The notes beneath the pieces were generated by a model, which was not told the DNA's origin, made no database searches, and saw only the letters and a list, made by a program, of their open reading frames with translations. Shown here piece by piece: positions 29,233-38,049 of a stretch of DNA of 64,000 nucleotides. The translations under genes were made by a program, and so were the position numbers. The number at the start of each line of letters is the position of its first letter. Position 1 is the first letter of the stretch. The stretch lies in the sequence record MN850647.1; one strand, written 5' to 3'. Origin of the DNA: Escherichia phage tootiki.

Positions 29233-30348
29233 TTATAAAATTTTATCGGTTGTCCCAACCTCTGGGTCACCATCATATGTGAATAAAATATCTACCCTTC
29301 TTAACAACCTTCTTAATCTTACTCTCTATATAGTTATATAGTACTATATAGTATCTTAGTAACTATCTAGTGGTCTTAATAGCCCTCTGTATAGCCCTTC
29401 TAAATAGCCTTCTAAACACTCTTCTAACAAGCCCTCTTAACCACCTATACAATCACCTTAACCATCCCTCTACACCCTCTTAGAAGCTCCTATACACCTC
29501 TTAATCTCTAGGTTAGCTATGGCACTCTCTATAGGTGTTCACTAGGTAATACTAAGCCTCTATATAGACTGTTTTAACAAACTTAACAGGAATATCTTTA
29601 CAGACCTTACCTCACAAGGTCTAACACGGTACTAACAAGGTATCTTGTAAGCCTGTTTCTACCTGTATTTTTAAAAGACTGTATAGGTAATTATTCAGAA
29701 TTTTAAAATTTTTATAAAATAGGACTATCAAGTCATTTTTTAGGGTCTTTGAAGGAACTGAAAAATATCTGTCTAGGATGTATATCTGCTTGGTAGCCCT
29801 TAACAGCTCCCTTACAAGTACTTTGCAAAATTTTAAAATATCCTTAACAATCTCTTAACAGTTCTCACATCTTCTTAACAACTCTTCAAAGGTCTTAACA
29901 GATTCTTAACAGAACTAACAAGGCTGTAACAGTTTCTTAACAGTTGATACATAATCTTTACAGAGGCTTAACAGATGACTAACAAGAGCTAACAAGTTAA
30001 TTTTAAAGAGTTATTTTGTTAAGATTATTAACAAGTTTCTAACAAGTCTTTAATCTTTTTAACAAGCTATTAACATGGTCACTATCTCTTTCTTATCGTT
30101 CCCTTTCCTTTCTTAGTGATTCTTTAAACATACCTCTTAAAAGCTCTCTATAGCTCTTTATAAGCTCTTTTAAGTCTCTTCCTAGTAGTTACACCCCAAC
30201 TGTACAGATAGCTCTCTATAGGGCTTTACAGGAGCTTTTAAGGCTATGTCAAAGACTCTTACAAGGCTTTTACGTGGTCTTAACAGAGATTTAACAAGGG
30301 GCTAACAAGTTGCTAACAAGTGTCTTAAAAGCATAACTATGTAGGGAT

Positions 30349-30380
30349 TGTTAAGAAATTGTTAAGAAAATGTTAAGGGG
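30349..30380. repeat. three inverted-orientation iterons (TTGTTAAG)
   Basis: TTGTTAAGAAATTGTTAAGAAAATGTTAAGGG; reverse complement of the upstream TAACA iteron. Confidence 0.6.
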
Positions 30381-30393
30381 GCTAGTATTTACG

Positions 30394-30443
30394 TAACTTT
30401 TAAGCTACTTCAAAATAACTTTTAAGCTACTTCAAAATAACTT
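30394..30443. repeat. 23 bp perfect tandem direct repeat (2 copies)
   Basis: AACTTTTAAGCTACTTCAAAATA repeated back to back. Confidence 0.7.
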
Positions 30444-30767
30444 TATAGCCCCCTTCTTAGATATTCACAAGATAACTAATGAGATGATAAAGCTTACACC
30501 CTTATAAGATTCTTTTAAGGCTCTGGGAAGCTTTATAAAGGGCTTTTAATGGTGAGGTAATGCAATCCCTTAAGTTAGGTTAATAAGGTCGTTATAGGGC
30601 TTTATAGAGCGTTTAAATGGTTGCCCTTCCCTTTCGGGTTATGGGCTTATATTTAAGTTGATTTGATAAGGGGCTATAGAGTAAGCTATAGAGTTATTGT
30701 TTTTTAAGGTCTGATAAGATTCTGGAAAGGAAAGGGAAAGGGTTGTATAAGGGATTTGATAAGACGT

Positions 30768-30790
30768 AAAAAAGCCCCATATAAAGGGGC
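30768..30790 (-). terminator. intrinsic terminator after minus-strand small-gene block
   Basis: minus strand GCCCC-TTTATAT-GGGGC followed by TTTTTT. Confidence 0.55.
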
Positions 30791-30829
30791 TGTAAAGGTA
30801 TCTGGGGCTATTTAGCCCCGTTGCGGCGT

Positions 30830-31078
30830 TTAGTTAGTGCCTTCTTTGTCGTAGTACAAGGAGACAATTTTTTCACCCCAGTAGTGGTATGTATAACCCT
30901 CTTTGAGAACTTCCTCTTTTGTTTCTTTCCAGAATTCATCAGAGGGGTTGTAGTCACTGATGGTCTGGCTGATAAGGCCTTTCACCATTTCAAAGGCGTT
31001 ATCAGTACCTACAAGGTCAAATTTAACGTCCAGAGAGTAGAAGCCAAATTCGTTAACAGTTGCGCGGATAGTAGCCAT
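30830..31078 (-). CDS. hypothetical small protein
   Basis: 82 aa; preceded by type A cassette. Confidence 0.5.
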   Translation of the reverse strand: MATIRATVNEFGFYSLDVKFDLVGTDNAFEMVKGLISQTISDYNPSDEFWKETKEEVLKEGYTYHYWGEKIVSLYYDKEGTN

Positions 31079-31154
31079 TTTAGAATCTCCAGTTTAGGAA
31101 GTTGATTAAGGGTTTTGTTTAGCGGGGAAGGTCATTCCCTCCCCGTTGATTGAC

Positions 31155-31183
31155 AATTTACAGACTTTTGATTGTTTCGTCAA
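31155..31183 (-). promoter_or_regulatory. sigma70-like promoter within type A cassette
   Basis: minus strand TTGACG, 17 nt, TAAATT, followed by 5' hairpin and GGAGA RBS. Confidence 0.5.
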
Positions 31184-31688
31184 TATCTTTTTCAATATCT
31201 TTTAAAGTTTTTTCTAAGTTCTTGATATTGAAAGATAAACCTTCTCCCAGTGTCTTAGAGTAACCGCTAGGACGTGAGTCATATAGTTCAATTTCTTCTA
31301 CTTCGAAGAGGCTAACCAACTCACCGCTTACACTGTAAGCCATTGAAACAGTATTTACAGGGGCTTTATAAAACTTGTTTAAGGACTTGATAGAACGTTC
31401 ATAAGCCATTTTATAGCTATTTAAAAGGTTTTTAACGTGGCTGTGAACGTTTTTACACTCATCTAAATAAAGACCTAAAAACATCGGGAGAAGTTCCGCG
31501 ACAGCTTGCATAAAGTGAGAGACTACAACGGTTGCAACATTACGACGATGAACGTAATAAGCCCCGTTTTCTGATTTGGTAATGGTTGCAAAGTGTACCC
31601 CATTACAACGAAATTCATAGGTATCTTTAACAGGCTTAGACATTACATTATTTGAACGAATATAGTTGATAGCTTTGAACTTGTTCAT
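31158..31688 (-). CDS. hypothetical protein
   Basis: start moved to ATG (MNKFKAINY) preceded by conserved GGAGATTCTAAA leader. Confidence 0.5.
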   Translation of the reverse strand: MNKFKAINYIRSNNVMSKPVKDTYEFRCNGVHFATITKSENGAYYVHRRNVATVVVSHFMQAVAELLPMFLGLYLDECKNVHSHVKNLLNSYKMAYERSIKSLNKFYKAPVNTVSMAYSVSGELVSLFEVEEIELYDSRPSGYSKTLGEGLSFNIKNLEKTLKDIEKDIDETIKSL

Positions 31689-31910
31689 TTTAGAATCTCC
31701 TAGTTTAAGGACTTTACTTAGTAGGGAGGTTATTGCCTCCCCGTTGATGAGTAATTTACTTGTTTTGATATCTGATTGCAAGCAATTTTTTAAGTTTATC
31801 TATAAAGAATCTTTTAAGTTAATCCCTTTTAGATAAACCCCCTCGAACAAATCTACCAATGTCAAGGGGCGTTGTCAATACTTTTTTGAAAGTTTTTTGT
31901 AAGTTATTGA

Positions 31911-32252
31911 TTAACTGATGAATATTTTTTCAGGTTTTACATAGCTGATACGCTGACTTTTTAGCAGGTCATCCCAGATTAACGCGGCGATATGGGCATA
32001 ACCGGATTCACGTAAAAGCTTCATTGTTTTACTTCTCGTTTCAAAACGGCTTGCGTAGTACTCACTATTTAAAACCGTTTTATTCCCTTCGTTATCTACA
32101 TGGATAATCTGCATCACTTGAAAGGGGCTTGTGTCCTCGCCTTTGTTCCACTGTTCAAAGTATTTTAGGCACTGCATAGGTGACATCTTATCACTTACTT
32201 GAGTTGACCAAGATGAATTTTCTTTATCGGTAATTACGGTTACATAAGCCAT
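31911..32252 (-). CDS. hypothetical protein
   Basis: 113 aa; conserved leader upstream. Confidence 0.5.
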   Translation of the reverse strand: MAYVTVITDKENSSWSTQVSDKMSPMQCLKYFEQWNKGEDTSPFQVMQIIHVDNEGNKTVLNSEYYASRFETRSKTMKLLRESGYAHIAALIWDDLLKSQRISYVKPEKIFIS

Positions 32253-32317
32253 TTTTGAATCTCCTAGTTTAAGGATTGTACTTAGTGGGGAAGGTCATTC
32301 CCTCCCCGTTGATTGAC

Positions 32318-32346
32318 AATTTACAGATTTTTATCAGGCTTGTCTA
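32318..32346 (-). promoter_or_regulatory. sigma70-like promoter within type A cassette
   Basis: minus strand TAGACA, 17 nt, TAAATT. Confidence 0.45.
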
Positions 32347-32577
32347 GTCTTTTTCAATGATAATTTCATACTGACCATCTACGCTGTCAAAATAGATACC
32401 GTCTTCATCTTCTGTCTTAAAGTAACATTGTATATCATCACTAGCGGGATAGTCTTGTCTTGCTATCTGACAGACCTGAACAGCATTTTCTTTACTTCCT
32501 GTAAACTCCTCAAGCCCTTTAAAATCACATGAATGACCATTACAAATAGAAAGGATAAGATAAACGGTTGTAAGCAT
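32344..32577 (-). CDS. hypothetical small secreted or membrane protein
   Basis: 77 aa with hydrophobic N-terminus. Confidence 0.45.
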   Translation of the reverse strand: MLTTVYLILSICNGHSCDFKGLEEFTGSKENAVQVCQIARQDYPASDDIQCYFKTEDEDGIYFDSVDGQYEIIIEKD

Positions 32578-32643
32578 GATTTAAGCCTCTTAAAAGCCCC
32601 TGTGAGGGGCTAATCAGTGTTTATAAGGTGATTGCATAGGTTT

Positions 32644-33186
32644 TTAGAAAAAGCTCTTTAAATCTCTCTCTGTGATGTTTCCCGCTAGTGTATCCATGAT
32701 GTCACAAAAAACCTGAATACTATCCGACTGTTGAATACTTTTAGCAAGAAGCTCCAGAGACTCATCAAGATAATTTAAATTTGGGTTATCCAATGAAGGA
32801 AGACAAAAAGGCGAAAACATCGCATTAAACTCGGTTACGTAAACCTTTTTAATCCAATTTAAATCGAAGTATTCTGTAAAACTTGCTACGCCAGACATAT
32901 TATCACAAGAATAATCATCATTCAGGTCATCCTCTGGGATATCAAGTTCTAAGATAACAATATTTTGGGTTTTCATCTGGAAAGCGGCCGTAATAGTGGC
33001 ATTACCTAACGCTTGCTGGATGCCTTCGGCTGTTATCTCTTCCTCATCGTCGCCATAGATTTTATTTTCTGGATACACGTAAAAATTGCCGTCCATGTCC
33101 GAACAATTCCATGCACCTGATGGCTTGTCACCGTTATTAATCAGGTTGAGGAAATTTTCTTGAGTAGTACCGTGAAAGCATTTCAT
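32644..33186 (-). CDS. hypothetical acidic protein
   Basis: 180 aa; type B cassette upstream. Confidence 0.5.
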   Translation of the reverse strand: MKCFHGTTQENFLNLINNGDKPSGAWNCSDMDGNFYVYPENKIYGDDEEEITAEGIQQALGNATITAAFQMKTQNIVILELDIPEDDLNDDYSCDNMSGVASFTEYFDLNWIKKVYVTEFNAMFSPFCLPSLDNPNLNYLDESLELLAKSIQQSDSIQVFCDIMDTLAGNITERDLKSFF

Positions 33187-33200
33187 TTTTGAATCTCCAG

Positions 33201-33275
33201 TTTAGGATTTAGTGGTAAAGCTCTTTATCTGGGGCTTACTTTATCGAACTATAAGCCCCTTGTAAAGTACTTTAT
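33201..33275. repeat. type B cassette copy 1 (about 75 bp, near-identical to 34004-34078 and 36060-36134)
   Basis: TTAGGATTTAGTGGTAAAGCTCTTTATCTGGGGCTTACTTTATCGAACTATAAGCCCCTTGTAAAGTACTTTAT. Confidence 0.7.
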
Positions 33276-33475
33276 TTGTTATTTTTTACTACTTTTAAAA
33301 CCGCACGATAGCCTAAGCAATAGGAATCACCGAAGAGCGACCGACCCATGAAGGAGTCCTCTGTAATATCTTTCGCCGTGACGGTTTTTTCTACGCCGTG
33401 AAAGAGAACTACATCACCGACTTTAATATCTTTGATGTGTGTAGTTTCAATGGTTAAACCGTTAATAATAGCCAT
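33272..33475 (-). CDS. hypothetical small protein
   Basis: 67 aa beginning MAII. Confidence 0.45.
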   Translation of the reverse strand: MAIINGLTIETTHIKDIKVGDVVLFHGVEKTVTAKDITEDSFMGRSLFGDSYCLGYRAVLKVVKNNK

Positions 33476-33538
33476 TTTTGAATCTCCAGTTTAGGACTTT
33501 ATTTAGTGGGGAAGGTCATTCCCGCCCCGTTGATGTGT

Positions 33539-33567
33539 AATTTAATCTATCTGAAAACCAATGTCAA
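33539..33567 (-). promoter_or_regulatory. sigma70-like promoter with upstream A15 tract
   Basis: minus strand A15 then TTGACA, 17 nt, TAAATT, then GGGGCGGGAATGACCTTCCCC hairpin and RBS. Confidence 0.55.
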
Positions 33568-33583
33568 CAATTTTTTTTTTTTT

Positions 33584-33988
33584 TTAGAGTTCTGCATAAA
33601 TTGCATCACAGATACCACGAAAATCATGATTTGTCAAATTACGTTGTAACCAAGTGGCGAAAAAGTCAGCGATTGCAAAGTTAGCGTCATACTCGACAGA
33701 TAGCCACACTTTAACAGCAAACCGAAACATTTTCAAATCAAGCTCTTTATTCATTACCTTAGATTTGCCTAACATGTCGGACATTTCATATTGTGCACCG
33801 TCTAGCGTGATACCTGCTGCAACGTCAGCCAATGAGTTTTTTACGTTTTCAACGTCTAAGATAACGCTTTGAATCTTCCCAATAATGTTGTGCAATGTTT
33901 CGTCCGGTGCTGATGACGTAATAACATTAATCCGGTTAACGGTCAAACGTGCTTTTAAGATTGATAACTCGCGATTATTAATAGCCAT
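33584..33988 (-). CDS. hypothetical protein
   Basis: track start is a TTG inside the conserved leader; ATG start (MAINN) follows GGAGA. Confidence 0.5.
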   Translation of the reverse strand: MAINNRELSILKARLTVNRINVITSSAPDETLHNIIGKIQSVILDVENVKNSLADVAAGITLDGAQYEMSDMLGKSKVMNKELDLKMFRFAVKVWLSVEYDANFAIADFFATWLQRNLTNHDFRGICDAIYAEL

Positions 33989-34003
33989 TTTTAAGTTCTC
34001 CAA

Positions 34004-34078
34004 TTTAGGATTTAGTGGTAAAGCTCTTTATCTGGGGCTTACTTTATCGAACTATAAGCCCCTTGTAAAGTACTTTAT
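34004..34078. repeat. type B cassette copy 2
   Basis: near-identical to 33201-33275. Confidence 0.7.
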
Positions 34079-34347
34079 ACTAAATGCAGCTTTTTACCTT
34101 TTACTATGATGTAACTCGATGCGCTATTGCTTTGCACATCCTGATAAATTCTGCGCAAACGGCCTTCGTAGTATACTTTCCAACTGGTTGGAATCTTTTT
34201 CCCGTATCCTGTAGCAGTTTTTTGTAGTCCTGCAAGTTGCCAATCTAAGATATGTTGTTCGGCTTGTAAATCCTCGAAGTGCATTACACCGTTCACATAG
34301 TGACGAAGGGTTATGTTTAAGGTGCGACCGTTGTTAGTAGTATACAT
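34075..34347 (-). CDS. hypothetical protein
   Basis: 90 aa. Confidence 0.45.
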   Translation of the reverse strand: MYTTNNGRTLNITLRHYVNGVMHFEDLQAEQHILDWQLAGLQKTATGYGKKIPTSWKVYYEGRLRRIYQDVQSNSASSYIIVKGKKLHLV

Positions 34348-34434
34348 TTTGAATCTCCTAGTTTAAGGACTTTGTTTAGTGGGGAGGTCATTACCTCCCG
34401 TTGATTAGTAATTTACTTGTTTTAAAAACCAAAA

Positions 34435-34767
34435 TCAAGAGAAATTTTTTCGTTTGCTCAATTCTTGAACAATTACAGCGTAGTAGTCTTTTAAGTCACT
34501 GACATTTAAAGCATTTATCAGAGAATTATAATCATCGACTAACTGAAAATCATCTTTGAAAATGTCGCTGATTTGATAAGTTTTTGATTGAAATCTGAAG
34601 CTCATTTCTAGCCGCTTTATTTGCTCATCACTGAGGCGCCCTAGAAAGCTTTCTACAAGGTTATTGCTAACCTGCTGTGTGATTGCCTTATTTGCTAGAT
34701 TATAGGCTTTATATGCCTTATATAGCGCGAAAATGGCAATGATTGCAGTGATACCAGTCATTAACAT
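34435..34767 (-). CDS. hypothetical membrane protein
   Basis: 110 aa with N-terminal TM helix. Confidence 0.45.
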   Translation of the reverse strand: MLMTGITAIIAIFALYKAYKAYNLANKAITQQVSNNLVESFLGRLSDEQIKRLEMSFRFQSKTYQISDIFKDDFQLVDDYNSLINALNVSDLKDYYAVIVQELSKRKNFS

Positions 34768-35057
34768 GGTGTTTCCTCTTTACGTGATACTTTGCCATTT
34801 ACAGTTATCTCATAAGAATCTAGTAAGTCACTTTTAGACTTTACTGGACTTTTAAAAGTATCATCATAAATATTTACTTGCAATACAGGTTTTTTATACT
34901 CCCTGCAACTATTCCATAAGCAAATCACTACGCGACGGCCTTTTATTTTGCCGTGCAACCATTCCATAACATCATGATTATTTCTTGATGTCTCGATAAA
35001 ATCAATTTTGTTGAGTAATTTGCTCAGATTTTCACGCACTTGATTTGATAATTTCAT
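34761..35057 (-). CDS. hypothetical protein
   Basis: 98 aa. Confidence 0.45.
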   Translation of the reverse strand: MKLSNQVRENLSKLLNKIDFIETSRNNHDVMEWLHGKIKGRRVVICLWNSCREYKKPVLQVNIYDDTFKSPVKSKSDLLDSYEITVNGKVSRKEETPC

Positions 35058-35149
35058 TTTAGAATCTCCTAGTTTAAGGGCTTTATTTGATAAATCTCTT
35101 TATCTGGGGCTATCTTACCAGCTTGATAACCCCGTGTAAAGAAATCTAT

Positions 35150-35662
35150 TTAGTTCTTAAAGATATTCATCACTGAGTCTTTCAACGATTCCAAACGTTC
35201 TAATACTTCAGTTTCTGCGTCTGAATTGTTCACCTCTTCTTTTAGTCTATCTTCTAAATCCTCACCGTCACTATAGCACCAATCGAAAGCGTAACCAATA
35301 TAAAAGCTGTCTAAAACCGTTTTACCGTTTGCATCTACAACTTTCGCGGCAATGTTATACTCTGAAGCTTCTAAATCTCTTTCTAGTTCTTCCTGTAAGC
35401 TTGCGTAAGCCTCTTTTGATGGATTTTCCCGGCCTTGTTTTGCATAGTCACTAGAAAGCTGCTTAAGGCTGTAATGTAAAGGGATTGCATATTTAAAATC
35501 ATTACGCTGACAGTTAGGATTTTTAATCGTCACACCACCTTGATGGTCATCTGTAAACTTCCAATTATCAAGATTATGGCTTGCTTCAAAGCAATTTACC
35601 GCTTCATAGATAATGGTGAATTTTTCTTTTACAACTTCAAAAGTAGCGTCTACAGTTTTCAT
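35150..35662 (-). CDS. hypothetical acidic protein
   Basis: 170 aa. Confidence 0.5.
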   Translation of the reverse strand: MKTVDATFEVVKEKFTIIYEAVNCFEASHNLDNWKFTDDHQGGVTIKNPNCQRNDFKYAIPLHYSLKQLSSDYAKQGRENPSKEAYASLQEELERDLEASEYNIAAKVVDANGKTVLDSFYIGYAFDWCYSDGEDLEDRLKEEVNNSDAETEVLERLESLKDSVMNIFKN

Positions 35663-35747
35663 TTTTGAATCTCCAATTTAGGATTTAGTGGTAAAGCTCT
35701 TTATCTGGGGCTTAAGATATCAACTTTTAAACCCCATGTAAAGTACT

Positions 35748-36041
35748 TTATTTGTTAATTTTCAGCTTTGCATAACTTCTCATTGTACGAATGGTGGATG
35801 TTAATGCTACGCGTCTAATGTATGCCTTTTTCGTGTATACATTTGTCTTCCCGATAGTGTTTACACATGTAAAAAGGTTTATCGGTGAATTTTTTAACTT
35901 CAACTGTTTATCAGCCTTCACGCCCCACCTTACAGCAGATTGTTTTCCGTTGTCAACCACTTTCCCGCATAACTTTTTAGCCATAACGCGAGCGTCATCA
36001 CGAGTTTTTGCAGCAATTACAACGTTTTTGATAATAGCCAT
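35748..36041 (-). CDS. hypothetical protein
   Basis: start moved from leader TTG to ATG (MAIIK). Confidence 0.45.
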   Translation of the reverse strand: MAIIKNVVIAAKTRDDARVMAKKLCGKVVDNGKQSAVRWGVKADKQLKLKNSPINLFTCVNTIGKTNVYTKKAYIRRVALTSTIRTMRSYAKLKINK

Positions 36042-36059
36042 TTTTAAGTTCTCCAATTT

Positions 36060-36134
36060 AGGATTTAGTGGTAAAGCTCTTTATCTGGGGCTTACTTTAT
36101 CGAACTATAAGCCCCTTGTAAAGTACTTTATTTA
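36060..36134. repeat. type B cassette copy 3
   Basis: near-identical to 33201-33275. Confidence 0.7.
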
Positions 36135-36334
36135 TCGTAGTAGTAAATTGCTGTCTGTCTTGTAAACTTCTTAGTATTTCTTGTCAGATAGCAATTAGAA
36201 TTAATAGCCGTTTCTACATAGTTGCAATAGTCAGCTTCTGATATTCTAGACCATACGCCACAGATTTGCATGTAAAAACGTTTTACCTTTGTGTGAATGT
36301 TAGTTGTAACCATCAATTCGCGACTGTACAGCAT
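36128..36334 (-). CDS. hypothetical Cys-containing small protein
   Basis: 68 aa; conserved leader upstream. Confidence 0.45.
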   Translation of the reverse strand: MLYSRELMVTTNIHTKVKRFYMQICGVWSRISEADYCNYVETAINSNCYLTRNTKKFTRQTAIYYYDK

Positions 36335-36584
36335 TTTTAGATTCTCCAGTTTAGGAAGTGGGCTTGATTGCCCGTCTGATGCAGATATTAGATAACTATA
36401 CTCAAAGAGTCAATAGGAATTTTAAAAATATTTTTTGCAAAAATTGTAATGAAACGGGTGCGCGCGACTACCACAAAACAGAACTACAATCAAGAATTAT
36501 TTTTCAATCCGCTACAAATTTTTCTGTTGACTTTTATTTCCAGATGTGGTAGCCTTGTGAGAAATGGCGACATCCCCACCTGTA

Positions 36585-36780
36585 CCCACCTACCTGCACA
36601 ATTCTAAAATGATTTTTCTTGCCCGACCTGAGCGGGGTCTGCACGTTTTGAAAATGAAAAAGCTCTTTGGAGATTACCTGCACAGTTTAAAAATGAATTT
36701 TCTCTTTGGAGTTCAAAATTCTCTCTACAGATTTCTCTACAGAACTCTACCTGCACAAATCTGAAATGAAAAAGCCCTCC
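36585..36780. repeat. direct repeat array (ACCTGCACA box with AAAATGA(A/T)TTTTC, 3-4 copies)
   Basis: copies at 36591, 36675, 36748 with degenerate copy at 36638; repeated TCTTTGGAG. Confidence 0.6.
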
Positions 36781-36842
36781 TTACCTGAAAAATTTACCAG
36801 ATAAGAAAGGCTTAGGCTATTGTGAATATCCTACAGAGTTTC

Positions 36843-37628
36843 TTAGTTCTTTGCGTCTAAGAAGGTAACTTCTGGTGAAGAGAAAACTGTCTCGATATCC
36901 TCATCAGTTCTTGCATAGATATAAGTATCTGCATCACTGCCAAATGTTACTGCAATCCTGTGATTGCTCTTCGACAGGTGGGTAACTAGAGCGTTACTCA
37001 GAGACATCTTTTCAACCGGAGGGTTACTTTGATGTATCTTACCTTTTCTTCGTCTGAAGAGGGTAACTGCGTTATCTGTGAACACTGCTACACCTGCAAA
37101 GTATTCTGGTTCACAGTAGTTCTTCCAACCTGAGCGTAACTTGTGGTACATCTCTCCTTCGTAGACATAAAGATACACATCTACACTCTTCATCACCTGA
37201 TTAATGATAACTGTGACGGCTTGAGGGTCTAGCCCACCGATACCTGCACCAATCATAGGTAAACCAACCTTCTTCAACTGGTTGACTTCACAGTATCTGT
37301 TAAGCTGCTTCAAAGATGACTCTAAAGCACTGTATCGGGCATCTTTACCAGTCTTAAGCTGAGTGTAAAGGTTAGCTATACGGCCTTGTTCTAAACGTGC
37401 TACAGAGAAATTACCCAGTAAATTTTCACAGGGTTTGTGACCTATACCACCTGCATAGAGGTAAACTTCTGTATCGGTCTCATATGCTTTTGGGTAAAGT
37501 TTAGAAATCTTGTCAGCGATACCTACACCCATTAAATTCATACAGTTGCAACCGTGACCAATAATATCAAACTTACCTTTATCAAATGCTGAGAAGATAT
37601 CCCCATTGATGATTTTTACAATACCCAT
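36843..37628 (-). CDS. macro-domain-like protein (ADP-ribose binding or hydrolase candidate)
   Basis: 261 aa; NGDIF, DIIGHGCNCMNLMGVGIA and LPMIGAGIGG resemble macro-domain GDIT, NAAN..GGGV and ISTG.YG motifs. Confidence 0.45.
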   Translation of the reverse strand: MGIVKIINGDIFSAFDKGKFDIIGHGCNCMNLMGVGIADKISKLYPKAYETDTEVYLYAGGIGHKPCENLLGNFSVARLEQGRIANLYTQLKTGKDARYSALESSLKQLNRYCEVNQLKKVGLPMIGAGIGGLDPQAVTVIINQVMKSVDVYLYVYEGEMYHKLRSGWKNYCEPEYFAGVAVFTDNAVTLFRRRKGKIHQSNPPVEKMSLSNALVTHLSKSNHRIAVTFGSDADTYIYARTDEDIETVFSSPEVTFLDAKN

Positions 37629-37829
37629 TTAGCATCTCTCCCAAGATTCTTTATCTTCTGAAGGTTTTACACGTTGTCCTTCGTGGTCTACCCAGATACA
37701 TCCACAACCTTCACAGATTACTGGCATTGCATAGCCAGCTTTAAAGTCATCTTCAGTGATAAGACCTTTTAAGTCACCTGTATCACGTCCGAACATTTCG
37801 ATAGAACAGTCTTTGCAGAAGTCAGCCAT
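37629..37829 (-). CDS. Cys-rich small protein (zinc-ribbon candidate)
   Basis: CKDC and CEGCGC pairs; start moved to MADFC with GAGG upstream. Confidence 0.4.
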   Translation of the reverse strand: MADFCKDCSIEMFGRDTGDLKGLITEDDFKAGYAMPVICEGCGCIWVDHEGQRVKPSEDKESWERC

Positions 37830-38049
37830 GAATAATTGCCTCTTGAATGATGATACCTTTACCACAACGACTTTTAAAGTTTTCCAATGGTTCAGAGATG
37901 AAGCCACGTAAGCAGTCAGTGAATACTAAGTTCTTCCTGTAAGCTATCACATCATTTGCTGTAAATGGGATGACCTCATTTCGTCCAATGAACACTGCTG
38001 ACCTGATAAGTTTTCGTGCCTTTTTATCTCTGGCTAGTATTACTTTCAT
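37822..38049 (-). CDS. hypothetical protein
   Basis: 75 aa. Confidence 0.4.
   Translation of the reverse strand: MKVILARDKKARKLIRSAVFIGRNEVIPFTANDVIAYRKNLVFTDCLRGFISEPLENFKSRCGKGIIIQEAIIHG

Larger units (their letters stand above)
29233..30767. repeat. non-coding iteron-rich region (about 30 direct copies of a TAACA-core 8-mer)
   Basis: no ORF over 60 aa; CTTAACAG/CTAACAAG recur in one orientation from 29290 to 30320, plus CTCTATAG and CTTTTAAG words; G-poor. Confidence 0.7.

Noticed and set aside
29233-30767. CRISPR array
   Set aside because: Repeats are 8-23 bp with irregular spacing and no 25-40 bp repeat-spacer periodicity; no cas genes in the window.
31141-31160. Plus-strand TTGACA hexamers inside type A cassettes as plus-strand promoters
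   Set aside because: All flanking genes are on the minus strand and there is no plus-strand -10 or ORF downstream; the minus-strand TTGAC(A/G)-N17-TAAATT reading fits gene orientation.
33989-34003. MENLK N-terminal extensions on two small proteins
   Set aside because: The track start is a TTG inside the conserved leader; an ATG preceded by GGAGA lies five codons downstream and is shared by the paralogous cassettes.
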